DNA from: a virus
Taxonomy: Duplodnaviria > Caudoviricetes
DNA length: 31,754 nt
Virus record (IMG/VR): IMGVR_UViG_3300034523_000112
Span: 1-31,754 of that record
Direction: 5' to 3' (one strand)
Position 1 is the first letter of the stretch. Every line of letters begins with the position of its first letter. Of the stretch, positions 16,511 to 26,067 are shown piece after piece. Position numbers and translations under genes: made by a program. The notes beneath the pieces are model-generated. The model was not told the DNA's origin, searched no databases, and worked only from the letters and a program-made list of their open reading frames with translations.

Positions 16511-16534
16511 GCCTGCCATTGAGCGGGCTTTTTT
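16511..16534 (+). terminator. Terminator-like hairpin before the holin
   Basis: GCCTGC-CATTGA-GCGGGC-T6. Confidence 0.6.
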
Positions 16535-16567
16535 ATTCCCTCACTCCCTAACCGGGAGGATATCGAG

Positions 16568-16897
16568 ATGAACATGCCAGACAAACCAGACACATGGGCG
16601 TTCGCGTTCGCATGGTTTAGCCAGCACTTCCCTTTGATCGGCGCCGCCTTGCTGTCTGCCGCGATGGCGGTGTTGCGGATCACTTACGGTGGCGGCACTC
16701 GACGCCAGATGCTGGTCGAGGGTGCCATCTGCGGTGGTTTGACCCTGACCATCATTAGCGGACTGGAGTTCTTCGGCCTGCCTCAGACCATGTCCACCTT
16801 TGTCGGCGGCTGGGTTGGCTTCCTGGGTGTGGAGAAGATCCGCGCCATTGCTGACCGGGTTACCGACTTCAAGCTTCCTGGCCGCAAGGTCGAATAA
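16568..16897 (+). CDS. Holin, lambda family
   Basis: Hydrophobic segments, LRI.YGGG and GGWVGFLGVEKIR motifs, M-N-M dual start. Confidence 0.9.
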   Translation: MNMPDKPDTWAFAFAWFSQHFPLIGAALLSAAMAVLRITYGGGTRRQMLVEGAICGGLTLTIISGLEFFGLPQTMSTFVGGWVGFLGVEKIRAIADRVTDFKLPGRKVE

Positions 16898-16899
16898 TC

Positions 16900-16934
16900 C
16901 GCGCCACGTTTTCGAATGCGCCAAATCGTGGCGC
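16900..16934. repeat. 35-bp imperfect inverted-repeat element, copy 2
   Basis: CGCGCCACGTTTTCG-N10-ATCGTGGCGC. Confidence 0.6.
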
Positions 16935-16951
16935 GCAACAAGGACCACACC

Positions 16952-17128
16952 ATGAGCACAGTCAGCGCCGAGTACTACCAGATCAAAGGCATGGTCAGTG
17001 ATATGCCAGCTGAAGAGCAGGCTGAGGTCGTCCGCGTAGAATCCCTGGTGGTGGAGCTGGCCAATACCTCTCAGTCAGCAGCGCTTGGTGTGATGCTGGC
17101 CTCGATCAAGCTTTCGCTGGAGGCGTGA
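16952..17128 (+). CDS. Small hypothetical protein
   Basis: AGGA RBS; MSTVSAEYYQIKG. Confidence 0.65.
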   Translation: MSTVSAEYYQIKGMVSDMPAEEQAEVVRVESLVVELANTSQSAALGVMLASIKLSLEA

Positions 17129-17316
17129 TGGCTTGCAGTGGATGCGCCGCCCGGCGCGAATGGCTCAACAAGATGAAGAGGCTGGCATATGAGCGAGCAA
17201 GTGAGCTGCTTACTGGTCGAGTTGCTGACCGAGCAGAAGAAGTAGACCTCCCTGCTCGAACAGATAGCGAGCCAGCAGATTCTGATGATCGAAGTGCTGG
17301 CGGACGAGCAGGGTGA
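17128..17316 (+). CDS. Small hypothetical protein (MACSGC start)
   Basis: TGATG-coupled ORF with CxxC. Confidence 0.45.
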   Translation: MACSGCAARREWLNKMKRLAYERASELLTGRVADRAEEVDLPARTDSEPADSDDRSAGGRAG

Positions 17317-17371
17317 GCAAGACCCGGACGCCATGCCGTTGACCTACATGGATGGGAGCAAGGTGACCTGA
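17189..17371 (+). pseudogene. Probable small gene interrupted by an amber codon
   Basis: GAGG RBS; MSEQVSCLLVELLTEQKK*TSLLEQIASQQILMIEVLADEQGEQDPDAMPLTYMDGSKVT; its TGA is coupled to the HNH ATG. Confidence 0.5.
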
Positions 17372-17703
17372 TGGCTCGCCTCCAGACCCTGGGTAATAGG
17401 GTCGCCACCCAAGGCAACAGACTGGCAACCGCGGCACCTGGTTCGTGGAGGACTGGCAAGACCACCTCTAGCCAGCGCGGGTACAACTACGAATGGCAGA
17501 AGGCCCGACTGGTGCACCTCAACGAGAACCCGCTCTGTGTGTACTGCCAGCGCGAGGACAAGGTGACGGCAGCGAACACCGTCGACCATGTCATCCCTCA
17601 CCGCGGTGACATGACGCTGTTCTGGGACCGGACCAACTGGATGAGTCTATGTGGCACCTGCCACTCCTCGAAGAAGCAGCGTGAGGAGGCGCAGGGAGCC
17701 TGA
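17371..17703 (+). CDS. HNH endonuclease (HK97 gp74-like packaging cofactor)
   Basis: RGY..EWQKAR...PLCVYC...VDHVIPHRGD...NWMSLCGTCHSSK, upstream of terS. Confidence 0.92.
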   Translation: MARLQTLGNRVATQGNRLATAAPGSWRTGKTTSSQRGYNYEWQKARLVHLNENPLCVYCQREDKVTAANTVDHVIPHRGDMTLFWDRTNWMSLCGTCHSSKKQREEAQGA

Positions 17704-17856
17704 AGCCATGTGTGGCACGTCACATCCCCGATGCGGCACGCCAATTCCCCGCGTCGAGACCAGGGGGCGGTCAAATTATGGAGACCGACTTTTCTCCAGA
17801 CCACTCCCCCTCTCACGCGCAGATTTTCTCCCCCTTTTGAAAAAGGAATTCAGCAA

Positions 17857-18264
17857 ATGGCAGGCGTTAAAGGCAAGAGCGGGGGCGCTCGCCCCAACTC
17901 TGGCGGCGCTCGGCCGGGTGCTGGCCGGAAAAAGAAGGTCGAGCCGGAATCAGCAAAAACATCCGCAGTGTCCGTGGAGCTCGAGGCACAACCACACGGC
18001 GGCGCATTGAAGCGCGAAAAGGCTGTACCGGTCCAGGCTCCAGAGATGGACATGCTGTCTCTTCTCACCAAGATCGCCCTGGGCCAGCTTGATGTAAGCC
18101 CGATCCAGGTGAGGGCTGCCATCGCGGCAGTTCAATACACCCACGTCAAAAAAGCTGATGGCGGCAAGAAAGACGAGCAGCAGAAGGCGGCCGAGCAGGC
18201 AGCTGGAAAGTTCTCCCGTCAGGCCCCTCCCAAACTAGTCGCAGCGAACGGTAAGCAGGTTTAA
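17857..18264 (+). CDS. terS: Terminase small subunit
   Basis: GGARPGAGRK N-terminus; directly precedes terL; AGGA RBS. Confidence 0.8.
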   Translation: MAGVKGKSGGARPNSGGARPGAGRKKKVEPESAKTSAVSVELEAQPHGGALKREKAVPVQAPEMDMLSLLTKIALGQLDVSPIQVRAAIAAVQYTHVKKADGGKKDEQQKAAEQAAGKFSRQAPPKLVAANGKQV

Positions 18265-18266
18265 CT

Positions 18267-19958
18267 ATGGAATGGTCGACAGCATGCCCCGACTGGGAGC
18301 GGCGGTTGATCGCCCGCGAATCGATTATTCCGCCTCCGATCTTTGTGGAGGAGGCCGAGCGAGCACTGCAAATCTTCAAAGAGCTCCGCGTCCCGGATCT
18401 ACCAGGTAAGCCACGGATGGCTGATTGCTGTGATGATTGGGTGTTCAACTTCGTTCGCTGCATCTTCGGGGCCTACGATGCTGAAACCGGAAAGCAACTG
18501 ATACGCGAGTTCGGTCTGCTGATCAGTAAGAAGAACACTAAGAGCACCATTGCCGCCGGCATCATGCTCACCGCGCTGATTCTCTGCTGGCGCGAGGAAG
18601 AGGAGCATTTGATCCTGGCTCCTACCCGAGAGGTAGCAGACAACGCATTCAAGCCTGCGGCGGCTATGGTTCGGGCGGATGCTGAGCTATCAGCGATGTT
18701 TCACATCCAGGATCACATCAGGACCATTACGGACCGCACCACACGCAACTCCTTGAAGGTCGTTGCAGCTGATACAGACACCGTGTCAGGCAAGAAGTCG
18801 GGCAAGGTCTTGGTAGATGAGCTTTGGGTCTTTGGTAAACGATCCAGCGCCGAGTCCATGTTTATGGAAGCGCTGGGCGGCCAGATCTCTCGTGACGAGG
18901 GATGGGTCATCTTTCTGACAACCCAAAGTGATGACCCTCCCGCGGGCGTGTTCAAGGAGAAGCTGAGCTACTGGCGAAACGTGCGGGACGGCAAGATCCT
19001 CGACCGTAAGACCCTGGGCATTTTGTACGAATTTCCCATTCAGATGATTGAAGACAAGGCCTACCTGAGGTCGGAAAACTTCTACATCACCAACCCCAAT
19101 ATAGGCCGCTCGGTTAGCGCTGAGTGGCTGGGTGACGAGCTCAAGAAGAAACAGGGCGCCTCTGATGGCACCCTTCAACAGTTTCTGGCAAAGCACCTCA
19201 ACATCGAGATAGGTCTCAACCTGCGCTCGGATCGTTGGGCTGGCGCAGAGTTCTGGGAGGTCCAGGCAGTACCGGAGGGCCTGACTTTCGAGCAGCTGAT
19301 TGACCGGTCTGAGGTTGTCGATGTTGGGATTGACGGCGGCGGCCTCGATGACTTGCTTGGTTTCGCTGTTGCTGGCCGCGACAAGCTCACCCGCCAGTGG
19401 CTGCTGTGGACGCATGCCTGGGCCCACCCTTCAGTGCTGGAGCGCCGGAAAAGCGAGGCGCCGCGCTTTCGCGACTTCTCCGTAGAAGGTGATTTGACTC
19501 TGGTTGAGACCATCGGCGAGGACGTGCAGGAGGTCGCCGAGTTGGTTGCCAGAGTCGAAGCTGCTGGCTTACTCGACAAGGTCGGGGTCGACCCGTCAGG
19601 CATCGGTGCCATTCTCGACGCGCTGGCCGAGGCTGGCATTCCGGAAGACAAGATCATCGGCATCAGCCAGGGCTGGAAGCTAAACGGCGCAATCAAGACC
19701 ACTGAGCGAAAGCTGGCCGAGGGCGGCCTGGTCCATGGCGGCCAACCAATGATGGCTTGGTGTTGCGGTAACGCCCGGGTGGTGCCTGCGGGCAACGCGA
19801 TCCTTATCACTAAGCAGGCGTCGGGCCTGGCGAAGATCGACCCATTGATGGCGGCGTTCAATGCCATCTCGCTGCTCTCGCTTAACCCCCAGGCCCAGAG
19901 CGGCCTCGACAATTACCTGGCTGATGGGTTCTTCGGACTTATCGGCTCGAACTCATAG
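18267..19958 (+). CDS. terL: Terminase large subunit
   Basis: KKNTKST Walker A variant, VLVDELW, GIDGGGLDDL, KIDPLMA. Confidence 0.95.
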   Translation: MEWSTACPDWERRLIARESIIPPPIFVEEAERALQIFKELRVPDLPGKPRMADCCDDWVFNFVRCIFGAYDAETGKQLIREFGLLISKKNTKSTIAAGIMLTALILCWREEEEHLILAPTREVADNAFKPAAAMVRADAELSAMFHIQDHIRTITDRTTRNSLKVVAADTDTVSGKKSGKVLVDELWVFGKRSSAESMFMEALGGQISRDEGWVIFLTTQSDDPPAGVFKEKLSYWRNVRDGKILDRKTLGILYEFPIQMIEDKAYLRSENFYITNPNIGRSVSAEWLGDELKKKQGASDGTLQQFLAKHLNIEIGLNLRSDRWAGAEFWEVQAVPEGLTFEQLIDRSEVVDVGIDGGGLDDLLGFAVAGRDKLTRQWLLWTHAWAHPSVLERRKSEAPRFRDFSVEGDLTLVETIGEDVQEVAELVARVEAAGLLDKVGVDPSGIGAILDALAEAGIPEDKIIGISQGWKLNGAIKTTERKLAEGGLVHGGQPMMAWCCGNARVVPAGNAILITKQASGLAKIDPLMAAFNAISLLSLNPQAQSGLDNYLADGFFGLIGSNS

Positions 19959-19965
19959 GCTGAAT

Positions 19966-21180
19966 ATGGCATCTCGTTGGTACAACCCGCTGTCATGGCG
20001 CATGTTCGGCTACACCGATCCGGCGACTGGCAACTATGTTGAGGTCGACATGGTCGCCGGCGGGAAGCGGACGAAGTCTGGCGTGAAGATCACTGCGAAG
20101 GCGGCGATCACGATTCCTATTGTATGGGCTTGCGTGAAGATCCTGAGCGAGTCCGCCGCAGGGCTGCCACTCAAGATTTTTGAGGACACGCCGTCCGGTC
20201 GCGTGCTGGCTGACACCAAGTCGCGGCAGGCCAGGGTGCTGAGAAAGCCCAACCCGTACATGACAAAGCTCAACTTCTTAAAGTGCGCAGTGGTGAACAT
20301 GGCGCTACGGGGCAATGCGTACAGCATCATTGAGCGCGCCGATAACGGTGATTGGATCGGCTTCATTCCGGTAAGCGCTGACAACGTCGAGATCGATACG
20401 TCTGATGACTTGATCTACTGGGTCACTATCGGCGGGAATCGTTCCCCGGTATCGCCAGAGAACATGCTGCATTTCAAGCTTTTCAGCATGGATGGAATCA
20501 ACGGACTGTCGCCTGTTGAGTACCAGGCCGAAACGATGGGGCTCGCCAAGACCGCGCAAAACTGGTCAGCGATGTTCATGCGCAAAGGCGGCTTTACCGG
20601 TGGCTACGTCATCTATGACCAGTTCCTGACCAAGGTCCAGCAAGCGCAGATCATGGAGAAGTTTCCTGATGTGCGTAAAGGCGACATCAACGATATCGGT
20701 TCAATGGGGATTTTGCAGGGCGGCCCGAAGATCGTGCCGGCCGGGCTGAGCCAAAAGGACAGCCAGTTCATTGAGTCACAGCAATTTCAGGAGGAGGCGA
20801 TTGCCGGCTGTTACGGCGTGCCTCTGTACTTGGCCAACCGCGCCGGCAAGACATCAATCATGGGGTCGAACCTGGAGCAACAAACCAGCGGTTACGTGAC
20901 ATTCGGCCTAAAGCCTTACCTCGACGCGATCGAGGACGAAATCAACGACAAGCTCTTCCGCGATAAACCCCAGTTTGTGGAGTTCATTGTCGAGGGGTTG
21001 CTGCGCGCAGATAGCGCGGGCCGAGCGGCCTATTACAAGGCAGCGCTTGGCGGTTCTGGTGGTTCTGGTTGGTTAAGCATCAACGCCGTCCGCGAGAAAG
21101 AAAACGAGCCCCGCCTGGCTGGCGAAGAATACGACCGGGTCACCCGGTGGGAGATGCAGACCAATGCGAAGCAAGATTGA
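19966..21180 (+). CDS. Portal protein, HK97 family
   Basis: VWACVKILSE..AGLPL, LRGNAY, GLSPV, SNLEQQ, LLRADS. Confidence 0.95.
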   Translation: MASRWYNPLSWRMFGYTDPATGNYVEVDMVAGGKRTKSGVKITAKAAITIPIVWACVKILSESAAGLPLKIFEDTPSGRVLADTKSRQARVLRKPNPYMTKLNFLKCAVVNMALRGNAYSIIERADNGDWIGFIPVSADNVEIDTSDDLIYWVTIGGNRSPVSPENMLHFKLFSMDGINGLSPVEYQAETMGLAKTAQNWSAMFMRKGGFTGGYVIYDQFLTKVQQAQIMEKFPDVRKGDINDIGSMGILQGGPKIVPAGLSQKDSQFIESQQFQEEAIAGCYGVPLYLANRAGKTSIMGSNLEQQTSGYVTFGLKPYLDAIEDEINDKLFRDKPQFVEFIVEGLLRADSAGRAAYYKAALGGSGGSGWLSINAVREKENEPRLAGEEYDRVTRWEMQTNAKQD

Positions 21181-21808
21181 AGTCCCTTTTGAAGTTAAGG
21201 CCAGTGATGAACTTGGCAACTTCGAAGGCTACGCGGCAGTGTTCAACAACGTCGATCTGGGTGATGACGTGATTCTCCCGGGTGCGTTCACCAAGGTGAA
21301 GACCACGCGCGCTGGGCGCCTGAAGCTGGCGCTGTTCCATGACCTTACACGTCTTGTCGGTTCAGCAGACTTCACCCAGGACAGTCACGGCCTTTACATC
21401 AAGGGCAAGGTTAACCTGGCGGTGAGCTATGCCCGTGATGCCTACGAGCTGATGAAAGAGGGCACGCTCGACAGTATGTCGATCGGCTTCAACACCATCC
21501 TCGCCGCATACGAGGAGCGTGAGGGCCGCAGCATCCGAATCATCAAACAGGCGGAACTCTGGGAGGCGTCATTGGTGCCCTTCGGCATGAACCCAGAGGC
21601 ACAGGTTACCGACGTGAAGTCGGATATCAGGATTTTTGAGAAGGCCCTGCGCGATCGCATGGGGCTCTCCCAAAAGGAGGCGGCAGCAGTCGCCTCGCTC
21701 GGCTACTCCGCAGTGCACCGCGATGGTGGTACTGAGGCCACGGCGATCGTGGAAGGGCTGAAATCACTCTCCACCACTTTTGACAATTTTTTTAAGGTGT
21801 CGCCATGA
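21164..21808 (+). CDS. Prohead protease, HK97 family
   Basis: FEGYAAVFNNVD, MSIGF, LWEASLV. Confidence 0.93.
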   Translation: MRSKIEVPFEVKASDELGNFEGYAAVFNNVDLGDDVILPGAFTKVKTTRAGRLKLALFHDLTRLVGSADFTQDSHGLYIKGKVNLAVSYARDAYELMKEGTLDSMSIGFNTILAAYEEREGRSIRIIKQAELWEASLVPFGMNPEAQVTDVKSDIRIFEKALRDRMGLSQKEAAAVASLGYSAVHRDGGTEATAIVEGLKSLSTTFDNFFKVSP

Positions 21809-23010
21809 CCGATCCAATCCAAGAAGTAAAAGCCACGCTTGAAACCCAGCTGAAGGAAGGTTTCACTGGCTTGCAAAAAAAATACGACGCTGTTGCCGAT
21901 GAGATGCAAAAAGGCAACACCGTCACTACCGAGATGAAATCGCAGATCGAAAAGCAGAAGGGCGAAATCGAGCGTGTGATCGAGCAGGTTCAGAAGCTGG
22001 AAGAGAAGGGCATTAAACTGCGCAGCCAGCCGGGCGAGGCCAAGAGCTTTATCGATCTGGTGAAAAATGACGACGCCTACAAGTCTTTGCAGGCGAAGAG
22101 CGTTTCCCTGGCCGATATCGAAGTGACCAAGTCCGACATGGCCAGCATGAAGGAAATGAAGGTCACCAGCGCCGGCATCGTTGCTCCTAACTACGATCCG
22201 GTTATCCAGCCCGGCATCCGCCAGGAACTGCGCATCCGCGATCTGTTGACCACGGTGCCGGTGTCTGGCCAGAACTACACCTATTTCAAAGAAAACCTGC
22301 ACACCCGCGGTGCGGCGCCGGTTGCCGAAGGCGGTTTGAAGCCCACCAGCAACGTGACTTTCACAACCCAAACCGATCGAGTCAAGAAGATCGCCGTCTG
22401 GATGCCAGTGACCGACGAGGCACTGGACGACGTTCCTCAACTGATGGCCTACCTGCAGGAACTGCTGCGTTACGACCTCAAGCTCGAGGAAGAGCGCCAG
22501 ATCCTGAAGGGTGATGGCACCGGTGAGAACTTGAATGGCCTGATGACCCAGGCCACCGTGTACGACGCGACGTTGACCAAGGCTGGCGATACCGCCATCG
22601 ATCTGGTGCGCCGCGCGATCTACCAGGTTCGCAAGCAGTCGATGCTTTCCGCCGACGGCATTGTGATGACCGAGCTCGACTGGATGAACATCGAGCTTCA
22701 GAAGGACGGCGAGAACCGCTACCTGTTCGCGAACCTGCAAGGATTGGTTACACCCGTCCTCTGGGGTCGCCCGGTTGTAACCTCGGACAGTGTCGATGAG
22801 GGTGATGTCGATACCGGCGGTGAGTTCCTGGTGGCGAACTTCGCGCGCTCTTCCGTGCTGTTCGACCGCATGTCGTTCCTGTTCAAGATGGGCCTGATCA
22901 ACGATCAATTCATCAAGAACGAACTTGCCCTGCTGGTTGAAGAGCGCCTCGGTCTTGGTGTACGCCGCCGTGAAGGCCTGGTCAAAGGTCGCTTCGCTGC
23001 CGCGGCGTAA
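21805..23010 (+). CDS. Major capsid protein, HK97 family
   Basis: Coiled-coil delta domain, VAEGGLKP, ILKGDGTG.NL.G, LWGRPVV. Confidence 0.95.
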   Translation: MTDPIQEVKATLETQLKEGFTGLQKKYDAVADEMQKGNTVTTEMKSQIEKQKGEIERVIEQVQKLEEKGIKLRSQPGEAKSFIDLVKNDDAYKSLQAKSVSLADIEVTKSDMASMKEMKVTSAGIVAPNYDPVIQPGIRQELRIRDLLTTVPVSGQNYTYFKENLHTRGAAPVAEGGLKPTSNVTFTTQTDRVKKIAVWMPVTDEALDDVPQLMAYLQELLRYDLKLEEERQILKGDGTGENLNGLMTQATVYDATLTKAGDTAIDLVRRAIYQVRKQSMLSADGIVMTELDWMNIELQKDGENRYLFANLQGLVTPVLWGRPVVTSDSVDEGDVDTGGEFLVANFARSSVLFDRMSFLFKMGLINDQFIKNELALLVEERLGLGVRRREGLVKGRFAAAA

Positions 23011-23027
23011 TCCCCTCAGCTTGCAAT

Positions 23028-23050
23028 GGCCGGCCCTGTGCCGGCCTTTT
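23028..23050 (+). terminator. Terminator after the capsid gene
   Basis: GGCCGGC-CCTGT-GCCGGCC-TTTT. Confidence 0.7.
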
Positions 23051-23066
23051 CGTTTCAGGAGGCAAC

Positions 23067-23285
23067 ATGAAAATCAAAGCAGTTTGGGGGTTCGTCGGTA
23101 ACGCGACCCTGCTGGGTGCCGAATCGACCACAGTGAAAGCTGGGCAGGTGTTTGGCGAAGTCGACGACGAATATGCCCATACCCTGATTGGCAAGGGGCT
23201 GGCGGAAGAAGTTGACGATGACGGACAGACTAAGTCGACAGCGCCCAAGCAATCGAAGTCGGCGGCCCCGAAAGAGAACAAGTAA
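23067..23285 (+). CDS. Small head-region protein
   Basis: 72-aa ORF, GGAGG RBS. Confidence 0.75.
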   Translation: MKIKAVWGFVGNATLLGAESTTVKAGQVFGEVDDEYAHTLIGKGLAEEVDDDGQTKSTAPKQSKSAAPKENK

Positions 23286-23585
23286 ATGATCGACCTGGCG
23301 CGCGTGAAGCTGCACCTCAGGGTGGACGACGATGAGGAAGACTCTCTCATCGGTGGATACATTGAGGCCGCCAAGTCCCATGTGGCTATGCATTGCGATC
23401 GGGAATTGGTCGAAGCAGCGCCAGTCGGGCCTGATCAGATGGGAATTACCCCAGACGTAGAACAGGCCATTCTGCTGCTGGTTGGCCATTGGTTCGCAAA
23501 CCGCGAAGGCGTGGCGATGGGCACCATATCAACCACCGTACCGCTGGCTGTTGAGCGGTTGCTCATGTACAGGAAGCGTTACTGA
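23286..23585 (+). CDS. Head-tail connector (HK97 gp6-like)
   Basis: VKLHLRVD..EED.LI; AILLLVGHWFANRE. Confidence 0.92.
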   Translation: MIDLARVKLHLRVDDDEEDSLIGGYIEAAKSHVAMHCDRELVEAAPVGPDQMGITPDVEQAILLLVGHWFANREGVAMGTISTTVPLAVERLLMYRKRY

Positions 23586-23905
23586 TGAGAGCCGGCCCAA
23601 TGCGTCACCGCTGCATGCGCCGTGGCTACATCGACGGCAAGGATGCCCTCGGCCAGCCCTCGAAGGTTTGGGGTGACCTGGGCAAGCTCTGGGCGGAGAT
23701 CAACATTCCCTCCGGTCGCATGTACGAGGCTGCGTCACAGATGCAGGTCACGGTCACTGCCGAGATCAACATCCGCTACCGCAAGGACGTGGTGGCGGGC
23801 CAGCACCTGGTGCACGACGGCACCACTTACGAAATCATCGCGCCGCTGGCCACCAACCAGCGCGACACGCTGAAACTCATGTGCAAAACGGTGAAGCCAA
23901 AATGA
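23585..23905 (+). CDS. Head closure protein
   Basis: MRAG.MRHR, LWAEI, IRYR motifs. Confidence 0.88.
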   Translation: MRAGPMRHRCMRRGYIDGKDALGQPSKVWGDLGKLWAEINIPSGRMYEAASQMQVTVTAEINIRYRKDVVAGQHLVHDGTTYEIIAPLATNQRDTLKLMCKTVKPK

Positions 23906-24372
23906 GCAACGGATCGCTGACAGTTCTGGGGCTTGGTGAGCTGCAGGCCGATTTCGAACGCCTGGCCACGTCCGTGGGCAACAAGATTGCCAGGGATGCA
24001 GTTATGGCTGGTGCCAGGGTGGCCAGGGACAAGGCCCGAAGTACTGCACCAGTTCGCACGGGAAAATTGAAGAAAAACATTATTGCGGTCAGCGTGAAAC
24101 AGGCTGACACGCCTGGCGGCGCTACTGCCGGTATTCGCGTAAAAAATCCAACGGGCAAACAATCCAAGGCGCTCAAGCGTCCCGGCAAAAAAGGGCGAAC
24201 CTCGAAAACGGATTACGAATCACCGTTCTACTGGAAGTTCCTGGAGCTGGGCACATCTAAGATGCAGGCCCATCCATTCATTCGACCATCTTGGGATGGC
24301 AGCCTGCCTCAGATCGAAAAGGCCGTCGCCGACAAGCTGGCCGAAGGCATCGACAACGCCATCACCCGGTAA
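23902..24372 (+). CDS. HK97 gp10-family protein
   Basis: APVRTGKLKKNI; FYWKFLELGTSKMQAHPFIRP. Confidence 0.9.
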   Translation: MSNGSLTVLGLGELQADFERLATSVGNKIARDAVMAGARVARDKARSTAPVRTGKLKKNIIAVSVKQADTPGGATAGIRVKNPTGKQSKALKRPGKKGRTSKTDYESPFYWKFLELGTSKMQAHPFIRPSWDGSLPQIEKAVADKLAEGIDNAITR

Positions 24373-24377
24373 ATCCA

Positions 24378-24725
24378 ATGATCGAGAAATCACTCATCGA
24401 CAGGCTTTCGCCTCTGGTCGACGGGCGAGTGTACTTCGGCGTTGCGCCGGTTGACGCCGTCCAGCCACGCCTGGTGATTCAAACGGTAGGCGCCACCACC
24501 GGTTTCACACTCGCCGGCTGGGATGGCTCCAGCGACCTCACTATTCAGCTCGACGCATGGGGGGAGAGCTTCCTCGAGGCGCTCACGCTTGCTGGCCAGG
24601 CCTTTACCGCGATGACTACGGATGACGCTGACTTCACCACCGGCAGCGCAGACCGCCTGGCGGATGTGTTCGAGAACGACACCAAACTTTTCAGCGTGAG
24701 CTGGGAATACACCCTGCAACCATAG
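24378..24725 (+). CDS. Tail terminator-like protein
   Basis: Position before the major tail gene; GRVY..VAP and IQLDAW. Confidence 0.8.
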   Translation: MIEKSLIDRLSPLVDGRVYFGVAPVDAVQPRLVIQTVGATTGFTLAGWDGSSDLTIQLDAWGESFLEALTLAGQAFTAMTTDDADFTTGSADRLADVFENDTKLFSVSWEYTLQP

Positions 24726-24733
24726 GAGGCCAC

Positions 24734-25201
24734 ATGGCCGTTCAAACTCCAACGAAAGCGAAGTTCGTCAAGACGCAGGGCACGGCTCTCAGCGTTTCCA
24801 AAGCCACCACGCTCGACCCCAAGGCGGTCGGCATTGAATGGGCCGATCTGTCCGTAACGATCAAACAGCCGCAGTTCCAGGGCGGGCAGTCGGATGAGAT
24901 CGAAGTAACGGTGCTCGCCAGCGAGGCAAAGGAGTTCACCGTAGGCCTGGCCGACAACGGCACCTTCAGCATGTCCGGTAACTGGAAAGCGGACGACGAA
25001 GCCCAGACCGTGCTGCGTACTGCTCGTGATGATGGTGAGCCGCGCGCCTTCAAGTCGCTGTTCAAGGACGGCTCGTCTTCGAGCTTCCTCGGCCTGGTAA
25101 CCCAGTTCACCTGGGACGCCGCACCGAACGGTACCGTCAACGGCACGTTCAACGTGCGTATCACTGGCGCCGTATCCTTCGACCTGCCGGTGGTGCCGTA
25201 A
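24734..25201 (+). CDS. Major tail tube protein
   Basis: GGQSDEIEVT.L.SEAKEF..GLADNG; position. Confidence 0.88.
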   Translation: MAVQTPTKAKFVKTQGTALSVSKATTLDPKAVGIEWADLSVTIKQPQFQGGQSDEIEVTVLASEAKEFTVGLADNGTFSMSGNWKADDEAQTVLRTARDDGEPRAFKSLFKDGSSSSFLGLVTQFTWDAAPNGTVNGTFNVRITGAVSFDLPVVP

Positions 25202-25674
25202 TGGCCCGGGCAAAAAACGGCGCCGTGACTGATCTGCGCTCCATGGCCCTGGATCCGATGCGCAACTTCAAGCATGAGCGCCTCACCATCGACGAGTGGG
25301 ATGGCGCCAAGGTCGTGGTCAGGGCGTTGAGCGCTGGTGACTGGGTTGAGTACCGCCGCCGCGCTGCTTTGGCGGTTGCTGAAGCCCGTCAGGATGCTGG
25401 GCTTCCGGCCCAGCCTCCAGCAACTGAAGGTGTCGAGGAGGCGCCGCTTGAGCCGCGGGTGGAGATTCATTCCTCTCCACTGTATGCGTTTGTCCTGGTG
25501 CGGGCGTTGCTCGATGAGAACAATGATCGAGTGTTCCAGGATGAGGATGTGCCTTCCGTAGCTGATGCCTTCAGCCCAGTGCATGACCGGCTCGTCGGCA
25601 AGGTTTTCGAGCTGAGTGGCGTAGCGGCCGGCGCTGGCGCGCAAGATCCGGTGGATGCTGCGGGAAACGACTGA
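25201..25674 (+). CDS. Tail assembly chaperone (gpG-like)
   Basis: Between the tail tube and tape measure genes; ends at a slippery site. Confidence 0.85.
   Translation: MARAKNGAVTDLRSMALDPMRNFKHERLTIDEWDGAKVVVRALSAGDWVEYRRRAALAVAEARQDAGLPAQPPATEGVEEAPLEPRVEIHSSPLYAFVLVRALLDENNDRVFQDEDVPSVADAFSPVHDRLVGKVFELSGVAAGAGAQDPVDAAGND
25662..25668 (+). other. Programmed -1 frameshift site G GGA AAC
   Basis: X XXY YYZ in frame; the -1 frame is open into the 25689-26018 ORF. Confidence 0.85.
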
Positions 25675-25688
25675 CGGAGGAGCCGGAG

Positions 25689-26018
25689 TTGGCATTTATG
25701 CTGACTCTTGCCCTCCGGCTTGGCATGACGCTCCAGGACCTGCGCTCACGGATGAGCGCGGAGGAGCTGTTTCTCTGGATGGCCTATAACCAGGAGTCTC
25801 CGCTAAGCGACACCCGCGGCGATATCCAGGCGTCGATCATTGCCGCGTCGGTATTCCAGGCCCAGGGCGCGAAGGTTTCGGCTGTTGATTTGTTGCCGAA
25901 GTGGAAGGAAGAACCAGAAAAGGTAATAGATGAGGCAGCCCAGGCAGAGGAGGGTGTCGAGCTGTTCAAGGCTTTCCTGATGGCAAGTTCCGACAAGGTC
26001 GCGCTAAAAGTTGATTGA
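25689..26018 (+). CDS. gpT-like frameshift extension of the tail chaperone
   Basis: LALRLGMTL..L...MSAEEL..WMAY....P; -1 frame of gpG. Confidence 0.82.
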   Translation: MAFMLTLALRLGMTLQDLRSRMSAEELFLWMAYNQESPLSDTRGDIQASIIAASVFQAQGAKVSAVDLLPKWKEEPEKVIDEAAQAEEGVELFKAFLMASSDKVALKVD

Positions 26019-26067
26019 AATCTGCCCGTGGTAGACTCTGGATTTTGCTCTGGATACTGAGGGTGGC

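Noticed and set aside
17704-17856. cos site
   Set aside because: Expected between HNH and terS, but the exact site cannot be located by eye.
21703-22908. 401-aa minus-strand ORF
   Set aside because: Antisense shadow of the major capsid gene.
24742-25695. 317-aa minus-strand ORF
   Set aside because: Antisense to the tail tube and chaperone genes.
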